The notes below the pieces were generated by a model. The model was not told the origin of the DNA. It made no database searches and saw only the letters and a list, made by a program, of their open reading frames with translations. From Podarcis filfolensis (Eukaryota), in NCBI GenBank assembly GCA_964270895.1, contig OZ185440.1: a stretch of 64,000 bases of DNA. The stretch is one strand, 5' to 3'. Positions within the stretch are counted from its first letter, which is position 1, and each line of letters opens with the position of its first letter. The position numbers were made by a program, and so were the translations under genes. This document shows, in pieces, positions 1 to 13,907 of the stretch.

Positions 1-1522
1 CTCGAAATTTTTTGGCACAGATTCCAGTATTTTGTGAATGCTCCCTTTTGCTACAATGCGTTAGTAATGATCACACAGAATAAAAGCCACTGAAAATAGA
101 ATGCAGGTTGGAGCATTTGAGATGCTCACAGAACAAAAGGCTCTTAGACCTGTTCTTTTGATTCACTTGCAGCACATTTGGTTCCGCCTTGACAAAATAG
201 CTTGTGCATCAAGTCCCAAGACACTTAAAAAATGAAACGGCACTAGGAAATACAACAGTGTTGTATGGATGGAATAACAGATAGACACGCTTAGCTAACA
301 CATTGCTCATGTTGTAGCAGATGATACGGCAGAGATGCAGGTAGGAGAGCAAAGTGTTGGCTGGCTGAAGGAAGCACTAAAATACTGCAAAATACTGTGT
401 TTGACATCCAGGGAAGGACAAAGTCGATAGGAAGCAGAGTTTTATTTCCGAGCTAGTAAGGGGACATAACAGTGAAGAATAACAGAGCCTTAAAGACAAA
501 ACGCTTGAGCGTCCTTGTAACAGTCCAGTTATAAACATTTGAGACAGGGTTTTATAATGCAAGCACTGACAACCTTAACTCTACCTGTGCACGCTTCCCA
601 ACGGAGCTGGGTGAAGGATAATAGTTTATATAAACTCAATCTATCAAGCTGGTATCTTACTTTAGTTAAGGGCTGTGTGCACATTTATATAGATATAATA
701 TATGTATATCTTTAGGATGGCAGATCCCTCATAAGAGGTGTGAACCGCTGAAGAAGGCAGAATGTTTATTGCAATTACTGGAATATGCCAAAGGTAGTCA
801 TGATGAGTGGCTCTTTGTTCTGGTGCTGCTGATGGAGCTCTTTCCCAGTTATTTTAATACAGCTGTAGAAAAACACACACAGCCAATCTGGTGTGCCTGC
901 ACAGCCCTGATGTCGTTGCTCCTCTGTCCACATCCACATAAGCTGTAGTGACTGGTGTTGGTGGGGTGACTCCACAGCTCTGCCACACCACACCATCCGC
1001 TGGTGACCATTGCCTAATACATGTGTAGGGAAAATAAGTTGGAATCAGTTGTCAGTTAAAGTTCAACATGTTCTTGGCTGTCAACATGACCTCCAGTGCT
1101 AGGCTATTGCACAGTTATAGCTGATAGGTTTCCCTTTTCAACCTTATGCATGTCTCCTCTGCAATAAGTTCTATTTAGTGTCTTAAGACTTGCTCTCAGT
1201 TAAACAAATGTAGGATTTCAGCCTTAGGAGCTTAGCAGATTTCCAAACTTAATGGCCGTTGCTTCTCTGTTTTGTAATTCTTGCACAGCTTGTTTACCTT
1301 GTGGTTACTGTACCTTGACTAGCTGATTTTACTGTTGCATTCATAAATGCAACCGTACAACGAGGACAACTTGATGGAGTTCCAACTACTCCAGTTTCTC
1401 CCTAGGGATGCTATATAGAAATACTTTGACATTTAAACCAGGCTTTTCAAGAAAGGAGAACTAAGCTTTCAAGGCAGCTTGTTCTCATGTCTAGGCTAAA
1501 TTGTGTTTAAACTTACAATTTA

Positions 1523-1747
1523 CAGTGGTACCTCGGGTTACATACGCTTCAGGTTACATACGCTTCGGGTTACAGACTCCGCTAACCCAGAAATAGTACC
1601 TCGGGTTAAGAACTTCGCTTCAGGATGAGAACAGAAATTGTGCTCCGGCGGTGCGGCAGCAGCGGGAGGCCCCATTAGCTAAAGTGGTGCTTCAGGTTAA
1701 GAACGGACCTCTGGAACGAATTAAGTACTTAACCTGAGGTACCACTG
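1523..1747. mobile_element. Tc1/mariner-type MITE, family A
   Basis: TA TSD; TIRs CAGTGGTACCTCGGGTTA / TAACCTGAGGTACCACTG. Confidence 0.85.
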
Positions 1748-1778
1748 TAAATGCATTTTTACCCTGCTCTTTGCAGTA

Positions 1779-2007
1779 CAGTGGTAGGTACCTTGGTTGT
1801 CAAATTTAATCTGTTCCGGGAGTCCGTTCAACTCCTGGAACCGTTCGAAAACCAAGGCGCAGCTTCCGATTGGCTGCAGGAGCTTCCTGCACTCAATTGG
1901 AAGCTGCGTCGGGTGTTCAGCTTCCAAAAAAGTTTGCAAACCGGAACACTTACTTCTGGGTTTGCGGCATTCAGGAGCCAAGTCGTTCAACAACCAAGGT
2001 ACCTCTG
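1779..2007. mobile_element. Tc1/mariner-type MITE, family B
   Basis: TA flanks; GGTACCTTGGTTG TIR core; interior homologous to 9170-9411. Confidence 0.8.
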
Positions 2008-3825
2008 TACAGAGTGTGTACTGAGATTCAAACTGATAGAGCTGCAGAAGGCTTTATGGTATACGTATTCTTACAGAGTGATTAAAGTTGGGCCTTACTG
2101 GTTTGCCCAATTGTATGCTAGCAGAGTGGCACCTTGTCTCCTGTAGTTTCTGAAACTTTTGTTGAGTTAGATGTTTAGCCAGCAACACAAAGCATACTTA
2201 ATAGTATTGCAGGAAGTTAATGCACCAAGCAAATAACAATTGTTTGAAATATCCCTATAAAGAGCAACATGTATAAAATAAAATGTTACTTGCAGAAATA
2301 ACAAACTATTTTCCATAGCAAGAATCATAATGTTGTCAAAACTTACATCCTATCTGAAACAATATTTGGTAGGGATAAATTATGTTCGCTGTGCTCACTG
2401 ATGATAATAAACACCAGAAGTGGTTAGACGTTACTGATGCTATAACTATTCTCCATGGTTCACTGACAGAATGTTAACAAAAATAGGGTGTGGTTGGAAT
2501 CACATAACAAGAGAATGACTAATGTCAAAAATCGAAACAGAAGAAAAAATATTTAAGAGGAATTATTGACCAAGACTCATTATCTGAGGTCATGTTCATG
2601 TGACCTTTGGGTGTGTAGTAGCTACAAAAGAAAATATTTTAAAATAGAGGTATTCTGTCTCTTGGTGAGACTTGGTAGGGTTGTATGCCAACTTTTGGCA
2701 TACCTTCATAAATGCATATTTTCGGTGGCATCCTAAGAGCTGGATTTTCTGATGTATGACAGTGGATGCACTGTTGATTGTAAAATGACATAGGTGAGCG
2801 TGTGCCAGATTTTCTTTTAGCAGGAAATGTTGATATGAATAGGCCCTGCAACTGAAACAGGAAGAATCTAACTCATAGAATCAATTTAACTTTCTTCTTC
2901 TTCTTATATAGCTTGCCTGGGAGCATTGTTGCCTATTACACGTTAGTCCTGTTTCTCTGCTTTTATATGGGCTTTCAATTTTTACAGTGAAAATAATGGT
3001 ACCTTCGCCAATGTTCCTTTGAAAAAGCACTTGAAAGCTTGACTGGCACAATATCCCATGTCCTGATATGGCTTATTGAGGAAAGGTCATAACATTGTTT
3101 TCTTAATAGGAGCTGGCAACCTGTTCATCAGGAGGGCGGTGCCAACAAATCCCTTATAGCCAGAAAGGAGATAGGTTGACCTTCCAAAGCTTGCTTTCTC
3201 CGCCTCTCCACCATAAAAAGCCAGAGTTTAAAATAATGCGTTTGTCTTTCATCTGCCAATAAGCTGACACAAACTAGTTCCTCTTCATAACCAAGAATTT
3301 ATGTTTTGCCTGTTTACTCAGGTGTTAGGCAGTATTTCTGACTGCACAGATGGCGAGGCTAATGTTGGCTTCTGGGTTTGACATTTATGTTTGTTTACAT
3401 CTTCATGCTATAATAGTCAACTGAAGAGGTGTAGGGACAAAAATGTGAATGCCTTACCTGATTCTGGATGCTGATGAGCTCCTGTAGCCGTTGTTGACAT
3501 CAGTTCTCATTATGAAGTTCCTGGAATGTGTTAGCAGTTTTACTTCCATTTCATAAAAGGAAAGACATTACTTGAATAAGGACTTTTGTGAACACTCTGC
3601 ACCTAAAATAGAAACATTATTGTTCTAACATTATTGCTCTAATCATGTCTACATTGGCTCCCAGTACTTTCTTTCTACAGACTGTTCTAGCCTTTTTAAG
3701 TCATACTCCCTTTCCCTATAAGCAAATCAAAAATTTAATGTGTGCATTTGCCCTGGAATATGGCTGGCCCATATTTAGTCATGTATCACCCAATGGCCTG
3801 TGCTGAACTATTTTATATACTGTGT

Positions 3826-3930
3826 CCTCTCCAGATGTTTTGACCTACAATTTCCACCCATGGCCAATTCCATACTGGCTGGTGAGGGTGGGGTAATGGA
3901 AGTTGTAGTTGAAAACATCTGGAGGGTACC
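3826..3930. mobile_element. Degraded hAT-type palindromic MITE
   Basis: ctccagatgtttt...aaaacatctggag. Confidence 0.6.
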
Positions 3931-6309
3931 AGATCAGATCAGGGAAGTCTGTACAATGTCATGAGAACATGTGCATTGTAGTGTATAAAGTATTGAGTGC
4001 CCTTGGGGAATCTCTCAGCCAGCAGTGGTGGGAGGGGCTGCATTGCTTACATTACCTCCTGTCACTGCCATTGGTCTGGCATATCAGGAGCATGAAGGGG
4101 AGAGCTTGGTATGATGCAAATACACTAGCAGGAGCTCTGGATTGGCTCTGCTGGTGCGTTTGCACTCCACCAGCCTTGCTGCCTCCTCACCCCTTGCCCT
4201 TGTCTTCCCAGTACGCTGCAGGAATGGCAGTGTTGGGAGGTCAGGTAAGAAGCTGAGCAAGCCTCTACTGCTCTCTGCCTATCATTCTTCACCTACCATA
4301 TTTTGTTGTAAAATAAGGCACCCTATATATGGTTTTCTTGGCAGGACTTGATTCAAATTGATGGAGAAATAATAAATACAGTTGCCCAACGATCACCGTG
4401 ACGCATGATGATAATTTATACTTTATTTTGTGAAGGATGACGGTGTGCTGGGAGGGACAGCCAGTCTATAATTAGAATTTTCCTCTTTTAGTGAAGATGA
4501 GGATTAGAGAAAAAAACAAATACAGCACATTCCCTGGCCACATCAGTTTGTACTCAGTTTAAAAGTTTGTCCCATTTATTTTCTTCCCTGTGTAGTTGAT
4601 TATCTTTGTGTTTCTTTCACGTACAGTTTAACACGTAGGTCTCCGTAGGGTTGTAGGGTACTCTTGTGCTTTGCAGCACCACAGTGGCACACCAAATTTG
4701 TGCTTTCCCTCCAGCTTTCTTAAACGGCAGAACCTAGCAATTTAGAGGGCTGGGATGCTGCTGATTATGGTGATCACATGTTGTGGAGAGAGAGGGAGGG
4801 TGTTCCTGTTGGAAGCAATGTTTTTGCATGGGAAAAGAGAGGGGGACCATTTCAGATGTTGAAATCACATGGTGAATTTGGGCAAAGGCAACAGAATCTA
4901 TCCCACAGGAAATGTATGTCACCATATTACCAGTTCAGAATGAATATATCCATTCAGTGTTTCTGGGAGGCAGGGCAAATGTGTTTCACTTCAAGAACAT
5001 CAACAGCTTACTCTCTAGTCTCAAATGACCAAGAATTGGTACCTAAAAGTATTTTTAGCATTCTTATCTTTGGCTTGATTGAACCGAAGATATTGTATTT
5101 GCAGAACTCCTGACCTTCTGGCATCTCTCCTTATGGGAGTGCAACTATTGCCTCTATTCTTCTCTCTTTAAAGTGTTGCACTGAAGTTGCACCTATAAAG
5201 TGCTTGTCTGTCTAAAAGCTCTTAGAGACAAGTTCTCTGCTTATTTGAGAATATGGTCACACAAAGTCTTGATTCATGTAAGCAAATGCAAAGGCCACGT
5301 TGTGACATCATGCTGAACTATAGCTTGACAGAATGTGAATGGGGCTAGGCAGGCGTTGAGTTCGTGCTCCCTCCCATCCCATTCCCATTGACAAACTGTG
5401 CCTACTGGTTTGTGTGAAACAAGCCAACTTGAATTGTCTGTTTGGAGCAAAAAAATGGAAGCTTCCAAGCTGCTCCTTGCAGCCGTGCCAGAGCAATATG
5501 GTTTAGCATGACATTTAAACACAGTTGCAGATTGGGATAGCAAACCCTCTTGACCTAGGACCAAATCATGACTTTCCAAGGAGCAACCAAGCTTTATGCA
5601 TTGTTTGGTCAGCCATCCCTTCTTAGCTTAAGGTGATACTCTTCAGAATTCCAGCTTCATATAAAGAGTATTGCTGTTTCCCAAATTCACTGCTTGACCG
5701 TGACTGGGAGGTCTATATTGTTTATGTGTGTATTAGGCTTTGTAGGGTTTATTTTGAAGTCTTCAGCCACACAATAAGCAGCCTATCAATCTGAACCATT
5801 TTGGTTGAGCACCTTTCCCCCTTTCTTTTGCAAAAAGCTAGTTTACTAATTCAGTTTTAACTTTGCAGCCCTGTATGAGAAGGAAGGTCAGATCAAAGGC
5901 TTTGCTTTGCATTTGGAATTGATTTTGAAAGTAATGGAGGTGTTGCCTTGGAGGCTTTGCTAAACGCTGACATAGCAGCTAAGGCAGTACTCAGGTTTTC
6001 ATGACTTGGTGATGCCTAAGGGTGGAAATGTCTCTCTCCTGAGTCACCTTGATGATTTTTGCTTAGGCTTGTAGTATAATGGAAAGCGACACAGCCCCAG
6101 AAATAAAAGTATAAAACCAGTGCATTTCTAACACTCATTTGTTAGAATTGGACTGAGTGTAGCATTGTTTTGTTTCAAGAAAATGAAAGACTCAGAATAA
6201 GAAGGCAATTATTTTTGACCTACTTCTGTAATACTGTACTTCTTAAGTTCCATAGAGTTTGTTTTGGAACAGAATGTAGGGTTTGGGTCAGCAGAACCTG
6301 GGCATGTGC

Positions 6310-6484
6310 AACATAAGAAGATGCCTTATAAAGAATCAGACCATCGGTCCATCAAACTTAGTAATATCTACTCTGACTGGCAGCTGCACTCTAGCATTTC
6401 AGGCGGAGGTCTTTCCCAGATGAGGATTGAACCTGGGACCTTGTGCAGTCAAAAAGCATGTGCTCTGCCACTGAGCTACAGCCT
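6310..6484 (-). mobile_element. tRNA-derived squamate SINE (Squam2-like), degraded
   Basis: Minus-strand head GCTGTAGCTCAGTGGCAGAGCAC...CCCAGGTTCAATCC and tail ...TATAAGGCATCTTCTTATGTT. Confidence 0.65.
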
Positions 6485-7151
6485 TTCCTGTGAACAGAAT
6501 TTGTTTAATTCACTTCTATGAAACCCTTCAGTAGAAATATTCTCAGGGTGCCTCACATACTTCACAAAAGTGAAGGATTAAAGCAGCAACAAAGCTAAAA
6601 AGGTTAAGGCAGTGAATAAAACAAGCAATAGTAAAAAACAAAAACAAACCACTGTTTAGATTTATGAGTAGGTGGCAGTCAAATCTCCCTAGGAAGACTA
6701 TTCCATTGAGGAGGTGAATCAAGTTCCCATCCCAGTCATATCACCTGGATGAGGGTTTCTGATAATGATTTTCAGGGAGATTGGTGTGGAAGTAGGCATT
6801 CCTTCAGATACCTAGACCCAATTCCTGGGCCACAGAGTAATCTCCCTGTAGCTGTCTTGTGAATATCATGTTCCAATTGGCATGTCCCCTGTGAAGTTTG
6901 GACCATCTGTTTCCTTTCACCAGACAGAAGATGATATTATAGTGCACACCAAGTGTTGGACCAGGATCTCCAGATTCCTTGCATAATTGTAGCTCGCGTT
7001 TCCTCTGTCCCCAGAATGAGCCATTAAGTTATGATGATGATGGGCGCGAGCTTCAATAAAATTAGGTGCTGGCTTTCACAGGGTCCGGTATCCATCATGA
7101 GCCAGGCATAATAATAAGACTTGAGAATATTCAAAGAGTTCTGTATATGTG

Positions 7152-7302
7152 TATTATTACCCCCAGATTGCAGACAGGGGTGGGACTGTGACTGAGAGGA
7201 TAATGGTCTGTGAAAGGTCACCTAGCAAATTCATGGCTGATCTGAGACCTGAACCAATTACTCCCCAGCTCATATCTCACTCCTCTTAGCCACTGTGCTA
7301 CA
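7152..7302 (-). mobile_element. MIR/CORE-like SINE remnant
   Basis: attattacccccagattgcagac...aaggtcacctagcaa...gaacc...ttagccactgtgctaca resembles the reverse-complement MIR core and tRNA head. Confidence 0.5.
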
Positions 7303-8529
7303 TCACACCACATTTGGGAGGAGAGGACAGAACTCCTGGAACTAGACACATTAGCCTCTATAAGAAGAGTAAACTCTGACACTGGAAACCCTTTATTTGG
7401 TGAGGCTGATCCATTGTTTGCTGAATCCTCTGACCTGACATTGCACTGCTGCTGCTGGTAGTCTACTTACAAAATCTCTTAAATTCACAAGAAAGCGGGA
7501 AGCTGGGGCTCATCAACCTGGGAAGAAGAGAAGGAAAAGGAAGGCTCTGATCCTAAACCTCTGCTGCCTTGTGGGATATCTTCTGAAGAATAAAAGGCTG
7601 AGGAGTAAACCCTACTACAAAAATCCAGAGGGGAGTGCCTAAGTTGGTGCCTTGTACACCTCCTTCCAGCAACTTCTGCAGCCAAGCTGGTGCCAAACAT
7701 ATTTCTTTGTTTGTCTTTGGGCCACATCAGCAAGGCCAAATGGTATGGGTGTCTTGTTTTCTGGGCAGCCCAGGACCTCCATACACACCGCCCAGGCACT
7801 TTGGTGCTGCTAACGCAGCAGTTTGACTTCACCCCCAGAGGTACACTCCATTGTCTTTTGAGACACAAGAAAGCACAGGAAAGCAACTTGCATACCATCT
7901 TGAAGGGCATAAAACTTGAGCCTTTGCCACACAGGAGCTAAATAGCATGATTAATTTCTGCAGGATATATGTGCAGAACAGTTTGTTTTTGCTTTAGTTA
8001 CTACATTTATATCCTGCCTTTCTTCCATGATTGAAATTAATGCAGTTTACATAGGATTCTTCCATTAAGGCACTGACAAGAGCCACACCTTTATGATGCT
8101 TGCATGATGCGTCTTCAGAACAGGCTCTGAGATTTTGATTTGCTGTTGTTGATATCCCATCATCTAGTCCATGTGCTTTTATGGGGATGACTGTTGAGCC
8201 TAGCAAGGACTTGATGGTCTACATGGCTGTCTGGCTGTTTTCTGTGGGAGTGGTGACTGAGGGCTATTACTACAGGAGATAAATGTTTTTCCCAGTGAGG
8301 GAACAAAGCAGTTACCATCTGGATGTGTCTGTACTTGTGATTTTGGCCTGGAAACCTTAACATCTAATGAAATTGGCAGTACTGTGTATTTCTGGGCAGG
8401 CTTAGATATTGATATTTTTCAGCTGCAGAGGAAAACAAAATATGCAGAGCGGGGAAATTAAGTACAGCTATAGTATTTTAAAATAGCCGAATGTTGACAC
8501 TTTAGTATAACTTTTCTTTATCTTCATAG

Positions 8530-8705
8530 GTGCCTCTTACTGAGCCTGTGGATCCAGTGGATTTGGAAGAATACCTCCTTACACATCCACTTGCAGTGGA
8601 TTGCGGCCCTTTGAGAGACTTGCTTGAATTTCCTTCTGACGATATTGAAGTTATCTACAGTCCTCGAGAATGCAGAACGCTTGTGTCAGCAGTACCCGAA
8701 GAGAG
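8530..8705 (+). CDS. DOCK7: DOCK7 exon 3
   Basis: tag|GTG...GAG AG|gtaag; [58 protein letters not shown]; 176 nt. Confidence 0.96.
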
Positions 8706-9169
8706 GTAAGGGCTAGGCAACAGAGACCTTGGCCCATACTTACAGCTGAGCAGGTATGGGAGATGGCCTGGCTGAAGCCATTAACAGGAGTTGGACTTTT
8801 TATCCCCATATTCTTCTCTTCCTTCACCACTCAAAACTATACACTGGAGCCAGGATAGCTTTGAGAGCAAAGAAAGCACAAGTTATACAGGTACAGAGAG
8901 ATGGCAGTGGTGGCAGAATCAGAGTGTGGGGCCTTGGAGAAGGGAACTGTACCCCTTGAAATTCTTGGTTTAGCTGAGAAACAAAGGGAAAGACAGTGAA
9001 TTGACTGTGAGTCTAAAAAGCAGAGGCCCTGTGTCGCATGTAACTTATGGCGTAAAGGTGGAGGAAGCACGTTAATAAACATTGAATGAAGGAAAGTGGG
9101 GCAACCTGTATGCACGGGTGATGACTGGAAACGTAGTAGATGTTTACAGAATGCAAGCTGTATTTATTA

Positions 9170-9411
9170 CAGTGGTATCTTGGTTCCCAAACTTAATCCA
9201 TTCCGGGAGTCTGTTCGACTCCTGAAACCATTCAAAAACCAAGGTGTGGCTTCTGATTGGCTGCAGAAGCTTCCTGCACTCAAGCGGAAGCTGCACTGGA
9301 TGTTAAGCTTCCAAAAAACGTTCACAAACTGGAACACTTACTTCCAGGTTTGCGGTGTTTGGGAGCCAATTTGTTCGGCAACTAAGCCGTTCAGGAACCA
9401 AGGTTCCACTA
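9170..9411. mobile_element. Tc1/mariner-type MITE, family B
   Basis: TA flanks; CAGTGGTATCTTGGTTC / GAACCAAGGTTCCACT; interior homologous to 1779-2007. Confidence 0.8.
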
Positions 9412-9510
9412 TACTGGGGTATTAAATGGTAGTTCAGCCTGTCAGTCTAAAATGAAATAAGATGTTTGTGATTTGAAGAGACCATTTAGAGCTATGTTCC
9501 CTCTCTATAG

Positions 9511-9579
9511 TGAAATGGACCCTCACGTGAGGGATTGCGTAAGAAGTTACACAGAAGACTGGGCCATTGTGAACAGAAA
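9511..9579 (+). CDS. DOCK7: DOCK7 exon 4
   Basis: tag|...|gtaag; [22 protein letters not shown]; 69 nt. Confidence 0.96.
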
Positions 9580-11196
9580 GTAAGTTGTGTATTTAAAGTT
9601 ATATATTTGAAGAGATGCCCTTCAACTGTGTGTGTTGGGCGGGGGGACTGATTTTCAGAATGCGGTTACTGTAGCTATCAGTAACTATTCAGAGCCAATA
9701 TAAGATCGTACCGCTATTTTACAGTTATCACTTTTAGGCAGGTGCCCTTAAGGATAACTTCCTGAAAAGGGGGAGACAACTTTTCTGAATGTGTTGGAGG
9801 GAATAATGGAGAAAGTATGGGTCACCAATTCATATTCTTCCCCCCACCTTTTTGCTGTGGATCCTTATAGGAAGCAAGTTAGATGAAAGGGCTTGCCGTA
9901 TGCAGTCGAGAGATTGTTTGCAATGGAGCAGTTCAGCAGTCAGTGGGATGACTCATAAATTGTGTCAGAATAGAGCCTTTTTGCGTGAGACTAGAGTATA
10001 CGCCAAGCTCACTGTCCTCCCAGCGCTTTTGTAATCACTTGGTAAAGCCACTATTAACTACTCAAACGATTTATATAATTAGGTAGAAAAGAAAATGCCA
10101 AGATGAGGAATAAAAAGAAGAAAATAATAATAGTGGAAAAGGTTGATAACAAGATATGGAAGGCGGTAGGAAATAACCCTCTTTCGATGGTGCAGGAGTG
10201 TCATTTTCTCTGTGTGCAGGTTCAGATTATTATTCACAACTTTATGAACTGTGGTTTATGAGTCCTCCCCTCTGTGTGACAACTTTGACACTTCATTCCT
10301 GGCTTTGTGTTAAGCCACAATTCCCTTTATATCTGAACTGGGGTAATTCTGGCTGAACGTCAGTTAACAAACCAGGCTAACAGGTCAGGTTCAGAAGGAG
10401 GTAGACAAGATGGTGTTTGCCAGTTTTGGCCGCCGCTGTTTCTCATCTGGTTCTGCCTTTATAGTAGAGCAAAATATTTGTACGCTGCCTAGAGAAATTT
10501 TGCCCTCCATGCTGGCTGGGGCTGAGGGGAATCTGTACTCCAGTACATCTGAAGGGCACCAGGAAGGTTAAGGCTGGCATAGAGCGACGCTGATAAAATA
10601 TGGAATGTTTTAAAAGTAAAATTATCCAGTAGCAATGTTAAATATGTTAATGTTATTGGGCCTTCTCAGGCATATCAGGCAATCCTAGCCAGACAGCCCT
10701 ATTATGGGCAATCTATTCCATTTGGCAACCCCTTGTGCTCCGTGTCATGTCTGGTTCCACCCATAAGCCTTTTGTCACCCACCCTTCTTTGCAGTCAGAA
10801 TGGAGACTGCAGTGAGACAGGAGAGTGCTGTCAGCTTCTCAGGAGGCCAGAATAAATGTACATATTTCCCAAGAGTTGTCATTAGTAGTCCCAGTGATAC
10901 GCTCTTCAGATGTGCAGGTGAAATAGAGGAGGAAGGGCAGAGAGTTGTCACATACCCATCAAGATCACATACAGAAAGAATAATTTTAATTTGGCTTCCA
11001 GGAAAATGATAACACCTTGGGGATGGGCAACTCTGAGAATAATAGGCTAGAATGATCACAATATTGCAACTGCCTTGATTGTCAGAACACATATGGGTTT
11101 ATCCCAATATAGCCAGCACTGCTGACAGACACTATTGTCTGCTATAATAATGGTGGCTCCTAGACATTTACCTTTGGAGCTTTCTGATTTATATAG

Positions 11197-11452
11197 TAGA
11201 GCAGGATTTGAGAATTTGTGTTCCTCCAGATGTTATTGGACTTCAACTCCATTAAGCCCCATCAAGCATGGCCAATGGTCAGGAGAGATGGGAGTTGTAA
11301 TTCAGCAACATACATAGTAGGCATGGAAACCTTTGGCGTTCCAGATGTTGCTGGGCTACAGCTCCCATCATCCCTAGCAAGCACAGCCATGGATGATGGG
11401 AGTTGTAGTTCAGCAAAAACTGGAGGGCCAGAGATTACCCTCACCTGCTCTA
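11197..11452. mobile_element. Composite of two hAT-type palindromic MITE units
   Basis: Outer tagagcagg / cctgctcta ends enclosing two ccagatgtt...gggagttgta units. Confidence 0.65.
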
Positions 11453-11718
11453 AAGTATCAACAACCTTTGTCAGATGATATGTACCACTATTACTGAGAG
11501 CCAGGTCATGCACAATGCCTGTGTAGACAGATTAAACATTTTTTATGGTGTGGAGAAAGTGAGTCGATCTCATTAGAAAAAGAATTATGTGGGCCTTTGG
11601 TCTCCACCCACCAGGGCTCTTCCTGTATTCTGATTAAAAGCCACTGAGTTGCAACAATAGAATATGGTAAATGGACTAAACATCAAATTGATACAGTAGC
11701 CTTCATAATAGTCAAAGA

Positions 11719-11881
11719 CAGTGGTTCTCAATTGGTGGTCCATGGAACCCAGAGGGTCCATGGCATCATTCATGTAACAAAAACTACCATACAGGTATCA
11801 CAAATTTCAAAAGTAGAGGGTCCATGGCTTGGCTTTTGAAAAACAGGGGGTCCGCAGTAGTTAGATAATTGGGAACCACTG
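11719..11881. mobile_element. hAT (Charlie-like) MITE
   Basis: TIRs CAGTGGTTCTCAA / TTGGGAACCACTG; 8-bp TSD gtcaaaga / gtcaagga. Confidence 0.75.
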
Positions 11882-12380
11882 GTCAAGGAGACCCTGAAAG
11901 CAGCCATGCTAAAACAAGCAAATAAACAAATAAATGCTGTCATCCTTGGATTGCTTATAGAAATATTTAGTGATTTAATGAGGTGAAGGATACAGTCTAC
12001 TAGAACAAATTGTTTGCATTTAGCTACATCATGGTACACTTCAAGTATTCCATTGCTGATCGACGGGTGCTTATGCTTATAGGATTATATGGTCACATCA
12101 GGAGTCATTTCTTATTGCAGCCAGGAAAAGTAACAAGTATGAGTTGATTTTTAAGGCTGCAAGTCTAAATATCCTACACTGGAATCAACACCTGCAGTCA
12201 AAGAAGAGAAAATGCTGTTTTCAAAAATTCCTGTTACAGAACTTGATAGACAGCGTGATGCTGTCAAGAGTAGCAAAAAATATTTTCTGGGGAGGGCATT
12301 AAGCTTTCAGATGTTGTTCACCATTTCTGCTTGGTTTTGTAGAGGAGAGACATTGCTTAATACAATCTGTTTTTGAATAG

Positions 12381-12510
12381 ATATCACAAACTGGGAACAG
12401 GATTTAACCCCAACACATTAGACAAACAGAAGGAGAGGCAAAAAGGCCTACCCAAACAGATATTTGAGTCTGATGAAGCTCCGGATGGCAACAATTACCA
12501 GGATGAACAA
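12381..12510 (+). CDS. DOCK7: DOCK7 exon 5
   Basis: [43 protein letters not shown]; 130 nt; AG/GT flanks. Confidence 0.96.
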
Positions 12511-12626
12511 GTAGGTGCTTATGAAGCCTGCATCTTTAAAAAAAAAATCAAATCACTGTGTTAAAAATACACGTGACATTTTCCATATTTCACTTTACAT
12601 GCTTCATTTAATTTCTTCAATCTTAG

Positions 12627-12845
<219 letters not shown>

Positions 12846-12944
12846 TGAGCTTAACTGAGACCTGTTAATACTAGCACAAAGCACACATAAGTGCCAGGTC
12901 CACCTCTGTAGCCAGAGAGTGAGTGCTGGTGTATTATAGTAGGA

Positions 12945-12965
12945 ATATATATATATATATATATA
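12945..12965 (+). repeat. (AT)n microsatellite
   Basis: Read directly. Confidence 0.9.
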
Positions 12966-13552
12966 ATATCTCAACTTGAATTTCAGAAGTCATTAAAATG
13001 AGATGGGGAAGGAGAAGATAGAGGCAAAATAGCATGATGTTCTGCCATAACTTGTTGGGTTTGTAGGCCCGTAGGGCCACAGCCGTCTTAAGTGGGATGA
13101 ATTTGATGAGTCTACTTTATTTATGACTAATGTTGAATACCAGTCCTAGACTTTTGACAGCGGTGTTTGCCAGCTTTTGTAGAAAGTGTACAGGGGAGTG
13201 GAGGAGCCAAAGATTTTAAAGGGATTGACCCTAAGATTGTATTTGCTTTTGTTTCCATGCGACTGCTGCCAAAGCAGCATGTGAATAAAGCACAAATCTG
13301 GACTTTTGGATCATCTCTTTCCAAGGAATTTTCTTACAGAACTCCAATCCGTTATTCAGTAGCTCTCCTAAATTAAACCCCTTCAGTGTTATTTATAGTT
13401 GCAGCAAAAGCCACACTCTGTTAAGCTTGAAGATTAAATTGTATTGAATAGGAGGGGAGGAAATCTACTTTGCCTTCTTTAGCCATTTAACAATGCACTT
13501 TGTTTGTGGAAGGAGTGCATGCATTACTTGCTGGATTTGTGCCCGATTGCAG

Positions 13553-13638
13553 GAAGAACCAATAGAAAGACTGGGCATCCCTGAAATCCCCAAGGAACAC
13601 TTTGGTCAGAGGCTTCTTGTGAAGTGTCTGTCTTTAAA
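13553..13638 (+). CDS. DOCK7: DOCK7 exon 7
   Basis: [28 protein letters not shown]; 86 nt; cag|...|gtaag. Confidence 0.96.
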
Positions 13639-13907
13639 GTAAGTAATAAGGTTGTTAATTTTTTTAAAAATATGCATGCTTACATTTGACCTGTCAAATC
13701 AATGCACCTTGTATGATAATTGGGACTGATAGAACTACCAAGACACAATTAATTTTTCAAATTCTACCTTGAGCACCTTAATGTGCAAAGAGGGCAGTAA
13801 GTCAATTAAATATTCCCATCGTACATTAAAAACGCTGGAAATAATGATAAAATAAGCTTGCCACAATATTCAAACCTAGCCATGCTTTTGTAAAATGGTA
13901 TGTACTA

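Noticed and set aside
1721-2146. Overlapping ORFs of 71-131 aa (also 9096-9425, 56059-56455, 60290-60616)
   Set aside because: They lie over MITE sequence and show no transposase motifs.
1-8529. DOCK7 exon 2 ([20 protein letters not shown]...)
   Set aside because: Not found by eye in the first 8.5 kb; presumed upstream of the window.
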